Below are positions 1 to 12,686 of a DNA stretch of 64,000 bases, piece after piece. Source of the DNA: Squalus acanthias (taxonomy: Eukaryota); the NCBI GenBank assembly GCA_030390025.1, contig CM059433.1, positions 31,188,001 through 31,252,000 on the forward strand, in the 5' to 3' direction. The translations under genes and the position numbers were made by a program. Position 1 is the stretch's first letter; each line of letters begins with the position of its first letter. Below the pieces are notes generated by a model. It worked only from the letters and a program-made list of their open reading frames with translations. It had not been told where the DNA came from and did not search any database.

Positions 1-340
1 AGGTTATATGTGTCAGGAAAGATTGAACAGGCTGGGGATCTTTTCGCTAGAAAAGAGAAGACTGAGGGGTGACCTGATAGAGGTCTTTAAGATTATGAAA
101 GGGTTTGATTGGGTAGACGTAGAGAAAATGTTTCCACTTGTGGGGGGAGTCCAAAACAAGGGATCATCAATATAAGATAGTCACTAATAAATCTAATGAG
201 TAATTCAGGAGAAACTTGCTTACCCAGAGAGTGGTGAGAATGTGGTATTCGCTACCACAAGGAGTGGTTGAGGCGAATAGCTTGGATGTACTTAAGGGGA
301 AGCTGGATAAGTTCGTGAGGGAGAAAGGAATAGAAGGATA
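1..340 (+). mobile_element. CR1 LINE 3' fragment
   Basis: Encodes a degenerate CR1 ORF2 C-terminus ([15 protein letters not shown]...TQRVVRMWYSLPQ). Confidence 0.85.
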
Positions 341-904
341 TTTTCCTGTCAACACTGAATGCAAAGTGTCAAGCTTAGAACTCCTATACTCTAATATACT
401 CAAATAACAGGCCCCCCCCCACCCCCATCAAAAGCAAATACTGTAGACCATGAAAGATTAAAGCAATCGCAATTCTTTAATTATATTTAAGATTTTCAAG
501 AAAATTAAGTTTTCAGGATGCTAAAAGGAAGAGAAGCCAGAAACATGGGGCGCGAAAGTGGAAGAAACACAAGGGAGGATTTTCCGGACGATGCCATGGA
601 TAAAGTTACATTGTGCATCTGTTTCATTATTAGGTTCAGGTGCCAAGTTGTATGGAGATGGTAGCTGGGAGTTCTCACCTTGCGCCCACTAACTGAGCAA
701 CTGAATAAAAATATCATAATGAATCTAGACTTATTCACACTCCTGTTTCACACGATTACAAGATGTGTGTTTTACTGAATATCTGGGAAACTTGTAGAGC
801 AGCTTACTCCCACATTTATTTTTTATTTCTTGTTGACTTGCTGAATATGGTAGCGATTTATTTCAGCCAATTCGAATTCGAATTTGTTTCTTATCTCCAG
901 TTGA

Positions 905-1615
905 AATGTCAATGGGCCGGCTCTTGTTGAAGTGGGCCATCTCGCGGCGTGCTCCATTAGTTAGACTTTTCCCCTCACCCTTTAGCTCAAAAAATGATTG
1001 CACCGAGCTGACAACAGCGCGGTGAAGGCAACGAGGCATCTGGGACTTGGTGAACGATGGGACCAACAGTCTATTTCCTCAACCAATGAGATTTAAGGAT
1101 TGAGAATGATACAGAGGAACGACTGAGAAGGAAATATGGTGAATTAGAGCCAAATCAGGTATAGAAAGAGAAATAGAGAGTGAAAGAAAGATTGGATTAA
1201 GTGAGAGGAAAAAAAGATCAAAGGAAAGTAAGAAAAAAAAATTTAATTAAAAAATTTTAATTGTTAAAATTTCAATCAATTTACTACCTGCAGGAATGAG
1301 ATTGAACATTTAAATTGTTCCCTTTCTGGGCCAGAGAGGGCTGCTCAGCATTGCATTAACAATTATCACATTGTTAAAAAGGTTCTTATGCTCTTTATTA
1401 CCAGAATTGACTTTCTGCGGGAGTTTAATGGGCAATTAATGTGCAAATCCAGCAAGTTCTTATAAATAACGGGGAGGTTGAGGGGGAGATGCCGTCTGTG
1501 CGAAGCAAACGGTGGAGCGGTGTAAATTAACCAGCAGGTTCTGGAGATTCACATCTCACGGCGTATGTCTTCATCCCCTGAACTTGCTGGCTGATTCACA
1601 CATTAATAATGTGCT
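905..1615 (-). mobile_element. Degraded copy of the non-autonomous DNA element family seen at 42259-43724
   Basis: Reverse-complement similarity to 42280-42700 and 43465-43715; shared spurious peptide MVPSFT in the ORF track. Confidence 0.6.
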
Positions 1616-2124
1616 TACTCGAAACGTGTCATTGTGAACCATAGAAGGAAGGAGCTTGACTAACAATTGATCCAACACTAGTGTCGCAACGACCCTCAGG
1701 TCAAGTAGGGCTGGGGCTTGGGGCTGGTGGTCGGGAGAACAGGCCAGGGGGTCCGGAGTGGCAGCGAGCTTTCATTAAATGTTGCGGCGGGGGACCACTC
1801 CTGATCCCCCAGGCTCCACATTGAAGGAAGTAAATGTAAAAGAACCTACTTGTAGGTCACAGGTGATACCAAGGTCTAGTCTCCCTCAGTGCAGCCCACG
1901 ATGGCGCTGGTTAACTCAGGGCAAACCAATCTTGAATTGGGGGCCTCAAACAGGCATTGGGCCCCTTATTTGCATATGTAGAGGGTCTAACACCTGCTTC
2001 GTTTCCCAATATGATGGGCGGCGCACTTCTGGTCAGAAATGTGCATGCGCTTCCTGCCCACTGTATTAGGAGTGTAGTAGGTCATTTAGTGCCAAATAAA
2101 CGGGTCCTGTGCGGCCGAATTTAT

Positions 2125-2820
2125 AAGCCACTCTCTTCATCCCCTGCCACAAACTCTGTTCCCTCGCCCTCGATTCCATCCCTCTCCCTGTCCACTGTCT
2201 CAACTGAACCAGACTATTCGCAACCTTGGCAACCTATTTGACCCTGAGCTGAGGTTCTGACCCCATATCCGCTCCCTCACCAAGAACGCCATCTTGCACC
2301 TCCATAATATCGCCCGTCTCTGCCCCTGCCTCAGCCCATCTTCTGCTGAAACCCTCATCCTTGCTATTGTAACCTCCAGACTCGACTATTCCAATACTCT
2401 CCTGGCCAGCTTCCCGTCTTCCACCCTCCATAAACTACATTGGCTCCTAGTCCACCAATATCTCATCTTTGTGTTCAAATCTCTCCAAGGCCTCGCCCCT
2501 CCCTATCTCTGTAACCTCTCAAAGCCCTACAACCCGCCAAGAACTCTGTGTTCCTCCAACTCTCACCTCGAACGCTACCCCAGTCTCTTCGGCAAACCAT
2601 TAGTGTCCGTGCCTTCAGCCGTCTAGGCCCTTAGCATTGGAATTCCCTCACTAACCTCTCCACCTGTCTATAACCTCCTGTAAGACCCACCTTAAAACCT
2701 ACCTCTTTGACCAAGGATTTAGTCAACCCTCCTTCTTTGGCTTGGTGTCAAGTTTGGTCTGATTACACTTCTGTGAGGCACCTTGTCACTTTTTCCTATG
2801 TTAAAGGCAAATTGTTGCTG
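2125..2820 (+). mobile_element. L2-clade LINE 3' fragment
   Basis: HLHNIARLCPCLSPSSAETLILAIVTSRLDYSN motif typical of L2 ORF2; similar copies at 24960, 47115 and 61255. Confidence 0.8.
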
Positions 2821-4069
2821 TTCAACCTGACATTCTGAGCTTTACAAGAGCTGGTGAGGTTCCAAAATAGTGGACCAAGATGTTCTGAATCAACTAATGT
2901 TGCCAATTTACTGTAGATGCTGGCGTGTCACTGGGAACCCAGTTACATAGAATTTACAGCACAGAAACAAGGCTTTCAGCCCAACTGATCTGTGCCGGTG
3001 TTTATGTTCCACATGAGCCTCCTCCCACCTTACTTCATTTCACACTATCAGTAGATCAACTAGTGTATGCTAGCGCCACCAAACTTTATCAGTCTCAGAT
3101 CGGGGCAAAGCAAAGCACCGTTGTGTGTACTTAAATGCAGGTGTTTAAATGTACATGTTGTAAAACTTGCAGAATTGTCAATTCTCCCTTTTCCCGTTGA
3201 TAATTACAACGAACATACACATGGGATACTGAGCTTAAAAAAAAGTTTGTGACTTTAAGGCATCTTAAAAGAGGGCCGCGCATGTCGAAGTAACCATGGA
3301 ATCGGCGCTTGGGAATTTCCTGCGATGCCATTTCCCACCGGCGGGGTTCGTCCGCAGTGGCCGCACTGTGCATCCCGCCATTTTCATCGCTGTCTGCGAG
3401 GTCCCAACGTGAGGCCCTTGGAATTATGGCCAAAGCAGGAATCGCAAAATGCCACCCCTCAAATTACAACACACGTAACATTCCCCTTTGGGGGGAAGAT
3501 TCCTTTTTGAGTACAAAGTGTTAACAAAAGGAGAGAGGGGGAAAAAAGATCATCGAGCTTGCAATCAGTAGCATATCTGTGGCAGGAAAGAATGTGTTGG
3601 TTAACTAAACCAGATACAATTGGCATTTATTCTATCATAAAGCACATGCCAGTTTTCAATACTACTTTGAATTTTTCAGTGCCCCATGTTGAGATTTCAG
3701 TAATAGAAATAATAAACTCTGCAAAATTGGAAATTAGAAGCTTATTTTTTCCTTTGCACAGTGAATCGGATGCGATCAGCTTAATTCTGCTGAAGAAGCA
3801 AGAGCAGCAAAATGCTATCAGGAGGTTGAAATACTTTAGAAAGAATAGCCAGGGCCATTGGAAACATTTATCAGTTTGGCTCAGTTGGTTTCGAGTTGAC
3901 AGATGTTATGGGTTCAAGCCCCACTCCAGCGCTTGACCCCCAAAATCTAGGCCACAGCCTAGTGAGCGCAGTAGTGAGGGAGTGCTGCGTTGTTGGAGGT
4001 GTAGTCCTTGGGGGTGAGATGTTAAACCAAAGCCTTATCTGCTTGTTCACGTTGACAGTATTTGACGAA

Positions 4070-4280
4070 GGGTAGTGGAAATCTGGAACCCTCTCCCCCA
4101 AAAATCTGTTGAGGCTGGGGGGTCAACTGAAAATTTCAAAACCGAGATCGATAGATTTTTGTTAGGTAAAGGTATTAAAAGTTACGGAACCAAGATGGGT
4201 AAATGGAGTTAAGACACAGATCAGCCATGATCTAACTGAATGTCAGACCAGGCTCAAGGGGCTGAATGGCCTACACATGC
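4070..4280 (+). mobile_element. CR1 3' end inserted within SINE remnants (about 3875-4060 and 4355-4500)
   Basis: gtggaaatctggaac...gatcagccatgatct...gggctgaatggcctac CR1 tail, between a SINE head and a SINE tail. Confidence 0.65.
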
Positions 4281-5341
4281 TCCCTCCTATATTCCTAAGA
4301 AGAGGGGCAGGTGTTCCAATCTCCTACTGTTCTTCCCTGACGCACCACCCCAAAAGTATTATTGTTGCTTGTGGGATCTTGCTGTACACAAAGACGCCTG
4401 CAAAGTTTGACAATTTCAAAGTTTCAAAATATAATTCATTGACACTTTGGGATGTTTCTGAGAGGTTCGAAAAGGCGCTATGTAAATACAGTCTTCTACT
4501 TTTTTAATCTTTGAAGGGAGGTGGGGAACAAAGACAATTCGAAAAGGGTTTCAGCACCAAATAACGGACAGGTTGCCTAGAGTAGCATTTAGAGATGGGT
4601 CTTATTTCTTTATGATGCATGTAGATAAATGTAAAACGGTGGCAAGTGTCTTTGCAAATAAGATGCTAATAATCCGTAAGCAAGAAATCGTCTAACCTAA
4701 AAAAATAGAAATAATTATGTCGTTTTGCATCAGTAGCTGAAAATAAAACACTCCGACACTCTGCTCGAACTTACTTCCTGGCGACCGCTGATTTCTGCAC
4801 AATACACTGACTTGCTCATTGTCACCTTCCAAAGTCACAGAAACATCCAATTTCTGATGCCAGATCTTTTCCACCTATTTTTTGTTGTTACCACAAATAA
4901 TGTTACAGAAGCCTAAACTTTATATTAGCCGAACCTTTCTAAGACTGGGCAGTAAAAGAAAGGGTTTCAAGGTTCTCAAATGTGCATGTGTGTATTAATA
5001 AAAAAAATCCCCCAAAGAGCATGGAAGAGATAGCAGCAAGCTTTATCTATGAACTCTGCAAGGTGCATGAGCCCATTAATATGTAACAGATTTCCTTCGG
5101 GATTTATGCAGTAAATTCCAAAAAAGAATGGCATTGCAATATGTATTACATTCTGAGAAATGGTGCTTTGTTGGTAGTACACACGGCTGCAATGACAACC
5201 TTTCTTACTGTTGTTGAAATTTGAAGATAAGGCAAGATGGGCTCTCCAGCTGTATTCACAACTGCGATGCGCCAAAAAATAAAACTAAAAGTTAGCAGGG
5301 TATTTATTGCTTGATTTGTTACACTGAACAAGATAGCTCAC

Positions 5342-5446
5342 CTTGTGCACAACCACAGGAGTACTCGCCAATCAAACTGATGCAGGTTGCTCCATTTTTG
5401 CAGGGATCAGAAGCACATTCATCAATGTCTGTTGAGCAGTTCTTGT
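5342..5446 (-). CDS. Internal exon C of the same EGF-repeat gene
   Basis: ttttctttcctgccag|ACAAGAAC...GCACAAG|gtgagc; 105 nt, phase 1-1. Translates (D)[34 protein letters not shown](G), with the DIDEC calcium-binding motif; joins repaired exon B as CPLGFT-DKNC. Confidence 0.93.
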
Positions 5447-5832
5447 CTGGCAGGAAAGAAAATGAAACATTAAAACTATAAATCATGTTGAGCTGGAACA
5501 GGCAGCTAATGTCGCTTCACAGTCCGTGCAGCATCAATATAATCTGGCTTTACAAGTCCACAAAATGTCCCTTTACTGGGTGAGATACAGAGCAAGTCAA
5601 CTCGCTCTCTCACTCTTGCTGTCTGTCTCTCTACACATATTGGAAATCTTTTAAGACTATTAAATCCATTAGGTGTCTCTTAGTCAAAGTAGTTTAGCTG
5701 GCTTGAACTCTTGAGGGAAGATTTCCCTCTTGGTTTCTGAGTTCCCAAGCATAGCGACGGGGAAATGGCGCCAGAGGCCTGTGATGTTGGGTCTGCACCA
5801 CTACTATGCTGCTTTGTGCTTTCCTGAGCTTT

Positions 5833-6245
5833 CAGCTGTGGCTCAGTGGGTAGCATGCCTGCTTCCAAATCAGGCAGAAGGTTGTGGGTTCAAGTCCCAC
5901 TCCAGAGACCTGAGTACAAACTCTAGGCTAACACTCCAGTGTAGTACTGAGGGAGCATTGCACTGTACTGCAAGAAGTGCCGTCTTTCGGATGAGACGTT
6001 AAACCAACAAGAAATTAAAGAGAAGCGGGGAGTTCTCCCTAGGTGTCTTGGCCAGCATTTATCCCTCAACCAACATCACGAAAACATCTGGTCATTATCA
6101 CATTGTTGTTTGTGGGATCTTGCTGTGTGAAATTGGATGCGACATTGCAACAGAGACTACACTTCAAAATTACTTCATTGGCTGTTAAGCACTTTGGGAC
6201 ATTCTGAGATTGAGAAAGGTGTTATAGAAATACAAGTCTTTCTTT
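5833..6245 (+). mobile_element. tRNA-derived DeuSINE (SacSINE1-like)
   Basis: A box TGGCTCAGTGGG, B box GGTTCAAGTCCC, Deu-like core gatgagacgttaaacc, tail aaatacaagtctttcttt. Confidence 0.8.
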
Positions 6246-7151
6246 TATTTTCTTCCTTCCTTTTTTCTTTCCCAAAGCAACGTAACTGGGCCTTGTGTGT
6301 AGAACAGGGGTAAGGCCAGTGTAACCACTGTAATGGTTGAGGAGGACCCACTCCCAGCTTCCCACCTTACATTCCTGTTTGCCGGCCCAAGTGTGCCCCA
6401 ATGATGGTGTTGGGACTCCCATGGACCAAAAATGGATGGAGCAAAACAGCTATTAGAGATTTTTATTCTTTAAGAATTTCCCCTTATCCCAGTATGATCT
6501 TCGGGACTCTCAAACCTGCAGCTACACTGTTGTTTCCGTACTCCCGGATCCCAGTGAAAATTGTGTGTCCTCTTCCCCTCACAGTCACACCGCAGTAATG
6601 CTGTGGATCGCAACCCATTGACCTCTAGCTCTGGTTCATGCCACCCCTCTTTGTTTCCCAAGGCATGTCCAGCTTTTGTCAGTCCTAGGAAAGGGGACTC
6701 TCCAGCAAACCCTTGCCATTTTTGACGTAGGGCTCCACACATACTGAAAGAGAGAGAGCAGAAGAAAGTTTGAAATGAGACTAGAATCTGCAGAGAGAGA
6801 AGAGCAAAACACCAATACAAAGAAAAGAGAAAAAAAATGGAAATAAAAACGTAGCAAGATAAGAGAAAATTGTACACAATGAGACAAAGTCAATACAGTG
6901 TGAAGACAAGAAGAGAGAGAGAGAGAGTGCACAAAGTGAAAGAAAAAAAGTATGAAGCAACACATGGCCAGTGAAACCAGTGAGATCAGAGATCCACTCC
7001 AGGAAAAGGACATTATCCCAATAGTCCCAACTGAAAAAAGAAGTGTCAAACCTTAAAGGAGCAGTAAGTTGATAACGCTCCTGTGAAGCGCCTTGGGATG
7101 GTTTACTAGGTTAAAGGCGCTATAGAAATGTAAGTTGTTGTTCGAAACATT

Positions 7152-7301
7152 GGGGTAAAATTAGTCTAGGGCGGTAGTGCAAAACGGGTAATAGCGAATC
7201 GGCAGCCCAGTTTATAGATGCGCGCCTTTCTTTTCCAAGTCAATGGCTGCCGATGCTCCATCGCCCATTTTGCGTTACCACCCTAGACTGATTTCACCCT
7301 C
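7152..7301. mobile_element. Short palindromic MITE (about 150 bp)
   Basis: ggggtaaaattagtctaggg...ccctagactgatttcaccctc, inverted along most of its length and flanked by ATT; related copy at about 52212-52368. Confidence 0.65.
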
Positions 7302-7919
7302 ATTATGTGTAAGATAATGGATCCTGGGGAGCGATTTTATCAGTAATATGTCTGATGGGTTCAGCTAACATTGTATCATGGTTTACAACTGTCATCCGAG
7401 CTCCACGATTAAATTACAGCCCTGAGATCATTCCACTGTATCTCATATATCCATCGTTTTTATTCAAGTCTTCAACGCATTTCTGCGTTAGTGGAAGTGT
7501 ACTTCATGTCATTCAAGCATGGTGACATTTGCCCAGTGTGATTAATGATCATCATGTAATCACTGACAATTTGCAGTTTATTATTGGAAAATTTTACAGC
7601 CAGAATTTATTATTTTATTACCGTGGATCAAAATATCTTAACCATTTCATTGCTGGCATAGCTGCTTTTTAAAAAAAAAAGTGATTCCCTCCCCCCACCC
7701 CCCCAGCGTGAATGTTCAGGGGTGGCTGTGGGAGAATCAGTGGGAAAATAGTTGCCATGTACAGCAAAAACATAATTCCCTATATTATCTCAGATGTGGC
7801 AGAAGGGAAAATGTTTGCAACATGTGAAGCAGGAGAGGGTACAACTGCTGTAGAATTTGGAAACGGAAGCCTGATCATTGCAAAGCTAAGTGAAGGGTTT
7901 GTACAGTATTAGGCGCAGG

Positions 7920-8230
7920 GAAGATGTTTTCACTTGTGGGAGTCCAAAACTAGGGGTCATCAATATAAGATTGCCACTAATAAATCCAATAAGGAATTCA
8001 GGAGAAATATCTTTACGCAGAGAGTAGTTAGAATGTGGAACTCGCTACCACGGGAGTAGTTGAGGTGAATAGCATAGATGCATTTCAGGGGAAGCTAGAT
8101 AAGTACGTGAGGGAGAAAGGAATAGAAGGTTATGCTGATAGGATTAGACGAAGAGGGGTGGGAGGAGGCTCATGTGGAGCATAAACACCGACTAAACCGG
8201 TTGGGGCAAATGGCCGGTTGCTGTGTAGTA
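7920..8230 (+). mobile_element. CR1 3' fragment
   Basis: Similar to 125-340, followed by a CR1 3' UTR. Confidence 0.8.
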
Positions 8231-8319
8231 TTAGCAATTCACCAGTAGATCAATGAGTAAAACCCTTCAGCCAAATATTGTTTCAGATTCCTCACCTCCT
8301 CATCCTTGCATAGAAGAAA

Positions 8320-9525
8320 AGAAAGAATTGCATTTATATAGCGCCTTTCACGACCACCGGACGTCCCAAAGTGCTTTGCAGCCAATGAGGTACTTTTTGA
8401 AGTGTAGTCACTGTTGTAATGTAGGAAACACGGCAGCCAATTTGCGCACAGCAAGCTCCCACAAACAGCAATGTGATAATGACCAGATCATCTGTTTTAG
8501 TAATGTTGATTGAGGGATAAATATTGGCCAGGACACCGGGATAGCTCCATTGCTCTTCTTTGAAATAGTGCCTTGGTATCTTTTACGTCCACCTGAGAGG
8601 GCAGATGGGGTCCCGGTTTAATGGGCCGAAAATTGATCTCGGTGCGCGAGAGTACGCACTGCATACTCTCGCGTATTCCCACTCCAATTGCCGGTTTTCT
8701 GCATGCCCTGCGCATGCGCTGAAAACCGGCAATTGCTCTTCCGAAAAGGGGGCGGGGCCGGAGTGCATCGCGTGCGCGCTACAGGCTGCGCGCACGCTGT
8801 GCACTTCATGCTTTGGACGCGCAGGTAAGTACTGAAGATTTTGGAAATGTAAAAAGGAGGAGTAAGACCCGCTTTTAAGAAGGTAAGTAGTGAATTAAGT
8901 ATTTTTTTGAATTTTTTTTTACAGGTATATCTTTTTTATAGACTTTAAAGACAGGTAAGTTTATTTTTATAACTTTTTAAAAGATTTTAAATTTTTTCAA
9001 AAATTTAATTTTTTATTTAAAATGGTTAATTTAATTAACTATACTTATTTTATTAATGTGATGGGTTTTTTTTTTAATTTAATTGAGGTTTAGCTGTTAT
9101 TTTGGGGGGGTGTAAGATTCATAAGTCTCTCAGCCATGCTGTGAGACTTATGAATGGAAGATGGTGTGCTGCCATTGGCTCTAACTGAGTCACGTGATCC
9201 CACAGCTCGCACGAATTAACTACGCCGCTGGGATACGCAAGCCCAGCACAGCTGATGTCTGGAACATCAATTTCGTGCGAGCTGGATCAGAAAAAGCATA
9301 AGCGAGGTGAGACATCGCGGGAAAGGCTTACCCCCGCGGGAACAGAGCGAGATCAATTTCTGGGCCAATGTCTCTTCTGAAAGACCACACCTCCGACAGT
9401 GCAGCACTCCCTCAGCACTGCACTGGAGTGTCAACATAGATTTTGGTGTTCAAGTTCTGGAGTGGGGCCATGAACCCACAACCTTCTGACTCAGAGGTGA
9501 GGGTGCTACCAACTGAGCCATGGCT
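8320..9525 (-). mobile_element. DeuSINE split by a MITE (SINE parts 8320-8622 and 9367-9525)
   Basis: Reverse-complement SINE; the sequence ggtttaat|gtctc is rejoined when 8623-9366 and one AAT are removed. Confidence 0.85.
8623..9366. mobile_element. Harbinger-type MITE, distantly related to family A
   Basis: TIRs gggccgaaaattgatctc / gagatcaatttctgggcc, 3-bp TSD AAT, AT-rich core; shares gcatgcgctgaaaaccggc with family A. Confidence 0.8.
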
Positions 9526-10142
9526 GACACTATTATGAATTTGGCGGTGGGTGGGGGGGGGTGCCGAGGGGAGGGGGGAACTCAATCGAAACATTATGAC
9601 ATTGGTGGTGTGTTTGTATGATGTTACAAAATTAATACATCGCTTTAGCTCATTCTGCTTCTTTTTTAAATTGAGAAACCTAGGATAAGAGAGCCAATTG
9701 CTCAGAACATGGCCAAAGTTGAAAACTGGTTGGAGAGAAGGTGAGGTAAATGAAGAATTAGTGGTTGAAGCAGGCCATTCGGCCCAACCGGTCTATACGG
9801 TCATGCTCCACACGAGCATCCTCCCACCTAACTTCATCTCACCCAGCATGGGTTTTAAAAAGGCGAGGGGGAGGCAAGGGCAAACTGAGGGAGATAATGA
9901 GATCCATAGTTTTGAAAATCATGGGAAAGAAAGGTTCGGATATTTACTGGGGCAGGGTTTCGGAGCAGGGGGGGAAGGAGTTATGGAGTCCGGGACTCAC
10001 CGAAAGCCATGTAGGTTTAAGGTTTTAGCTCCCTGGTGAGCGTGTTTTTTTATTTGAACAGATTCCCTGCCTGGAAGCCAGCCTGATTGACAGACACAGA
10101 TTATCTTGTACACAGACAATACAATTCTGTTATAGAATCATA

Positions 10143-11025
10143 GGGGGAGAAATTCAGTATCGCCACATTTGGGGCGCAATTATCGGCCGGGCGCAAAGAT
10201 TAGCGCCTGGCGCTGATTATCGCCTCCAACTGCAAACTTGACTTTTATCGCCCCTGGAGGTGATTGGAGCGCTAAATCAGGCGCTACACATCTGTCTTAA
10301 GGCGCAAAGGCCGAGGAGCGAGGCGCTAACTCAGAGCGCTGGCGAAGCTCATGTGATGTCAGTCAGCAATGGAACACAGATACAATGGCACTGGCCAGTT
10401 CTTAAAGGGGAGGGTTGATCTTGCTTTTCATCCACATCCTGCTCATTGCAGCCTTGAATCTCGGCCTGGAGAGACCTGTACATCAAATCTGCTGGAAAGA
10501 ACAATGGAGAGTACCAGGGAAAGAGCTCAGAGTGCAGCCCCCAAAGTCTCTTCTAAATCGATACAAGGAAGGGCAAATCAAAATGAACCTGCAAAGTACT
10601 GCTCAGTACCCAAAACTCCTTCACACAGCGTTGAATCTCTCCAGAAGTCTCTCTCTCTCTCTCTCAGAATGCGTGGTTCAAAAATGTCACCAACAAAAAA
10701 AGGCAGGAAGCGGTCGCCTTTAAATAGCGTTCCCCCAGTCCCTTCCTGACTGCTAAACGCTCTCCTCAACCTGTCGTTGCTAGCGGCAGGCGGTAAGGCA
10801 GGGGGCGCCACTCAATATCCGCTCCGGGGCGCGACGCACTCGACTGACGTCACGATCTGCTGGCGCAGGAAATCGTGGCAGGTAGTGTTTAGCGCCACCG
10901 CAAAATGTCTAGTTAATTTCGCGAGCGGCGCAAACATCGCCGGGCCTGGGCGCTGGTTGCTTTGCGCCCCATTAGCGCCCAATTAAGGCGCTAACGGGAG
11001 GCGCAACCAACTGAATTTTTCCCCC
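10143..11025 (+). mobile_element. MITE family C copy 1 (Harbinger-type)
   Basis: TIRs gggggagaaattcagt / actgaatttttccccc, TSD ATA; inserted in a reverse CR1 tail (atagaatcata|gaacc, continuing to about 11230). Confidence 0.85.
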
Positions 11026-12182
11026 ATAGAACCTTACAGGACAGGAGGCCACCATTCAGCCCCATCGTGCCTGTGCCGGCTCTTTGAAAGGACTATCTAA
11101 TTAGTCCCACTCCCCCTCCTCTTTCCCTATAGCCCTGCAAATTTTCCCCCTTCAAGTATTTATCCAATTCCCTTTTGAAAGTTATTATTGAATCTGCTTC
11201 CACCACCCTTTCAGGCAGTGCATTTCAGATGTTATTCTGTGACCTTGCCAATGCTGCCATAGCCACTTAAGGTTCCAGTCTGTTATAGGTATTCCTAATC
11301 TCTGTGAATGTTCGCGTTCAGCCATTAAGAATGCTGAATTTTACTTGTGTACGGTTAAATCATTAACAATGCCTCTTGCTGAATAAAAACAATGCAGCAA
11401 TCCATGATTTTGATAAGACGACAGAATTAAAAAATATATTTGTTAATGTAGCAGATTTTTTTTCCCCACGTCGCGGTTTTGAAGGATTTGTAATTCCGCA
11501 ATAAACTTCTCATGTGATAAATACGTCAAATGAATCAACCTTCAAACTGAAGTACAGACTCCGTAGACATAACTTGCAATTATGATGGAGAATGGAAACT
11601 GTCACAGCTACAGCATCAATGTCTACTGGTCCAGTAAATCAGGATGCAGGAACTTTGGAAGATTAGATATGGTGACATACATATTGCCCAGCACTGAAAC
11701 GGTAAAACTCTAATTGAAGAAGCAGCGACTCCTTCAAATTACAGTTTGCCTGCAGTTACAAAGTAAGGGCAGCTGGAGCAGCTTTCAACCAACTTTATTC
11801 AGTACCAGCAGAATTTATCTACAAAGTCTTTCCTTTCTCCCACCCCCTCCTTCCTCCAACTTTCACCCCTCCTGAAGACAGTGATTCTTCCCTGGGTTTT
11901 GAACTCTCCGCTACCTTGCCCAAGTATCCATTCATCAAGTGCGAGCTTCCAAAGCAAGCGCCGATAGATGATTTGACCAGGTCTGGGTCCTATCTTGGTC
12001 TCACCCGAAATCCACCTCTGCACAAGTTCCCTAGCTCAGAAACGCTGGCATTAATTATAGAGTTCCCACCGTTACTCAGCTGAGATCAGCGAACTCAACA
12101 CAGACTTCCTTGTCTGTAACTCTCAACCCCACACTATGCAGTACATTTACCAACCAAATCAAGAAAGAACGTCCACTTCTAT

Positions 12183-12567
12183 AGTGCGGACCTGAGCGGC
12201 AGCGGAGGCGGAGGCTTAAAGGGAACACCGGAGAAGGCCCAGAACACAGCGCGGACCTGAGCGGGAGCGGCGGCAATGGAGGCTTAAAGGGAGCACCGGA
12301 GAAGGCCCAGAACACAGTGCGGACCTGAGCGGGAGCGGCGGCAATGGAGGCTTAAAGGGAGCACCGGAGAAGGCCCAGAACACAGTGCGGACCTGAGCGG
12401 GAGCGGCGGCAATGGAGGCTTAAAGGGAGCACCGGAGAAGGCCCAGAACACAGTGCGGACCTGAGCGGGAGCGGCAGCAGCGGAGGCTTAAAGGGAGCAC
12501 CGGAGAAGGCCCAGAACACAGTGCGGACCTGAGCGGGAGCGGCGGCAACGGAGGCTTAAAGGGAGCT
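12183..12567 (+). repeat. 68-bp GC-rich tandem array (about 5.5 units) heading a CR1-like 5' UTR
   Basis: gcggacctga recurs at 12186, 12251, 12319, 12387, 12455 and 12523. Confidence 0.92.
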
Positions 12568-12686
12568 GAGCGGCGACTTAAAAAAACAGGGAGTGACGTC
12601 ACAGGACAGCAGGTAGGTGATTGTTTGGTGAGTATTACAGCTCTTTTGCTCTCTAGGTTGGGTAAGTGGATTAAATTCAGAACTAT

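Noticed and set aside
5833..5905. tRNA genes at SINE heads (also about 22498 and 48447)
   Set aside because: A and B boxes are present but continue into SINE bodies; no complete cloverleaf.
6470..6745. Possible minus-strand exon after ctctctctttcag (MCGALRQKW...)
   Set aside because: No frame gives a recognisable domain or a fitting donor, and exons B and C already join without it.
12183..12567. 68-bp array as CRISPR or coding repeat
   Set aside because: Units are nearly identical with no unique spacers; it is a tandem repeat.
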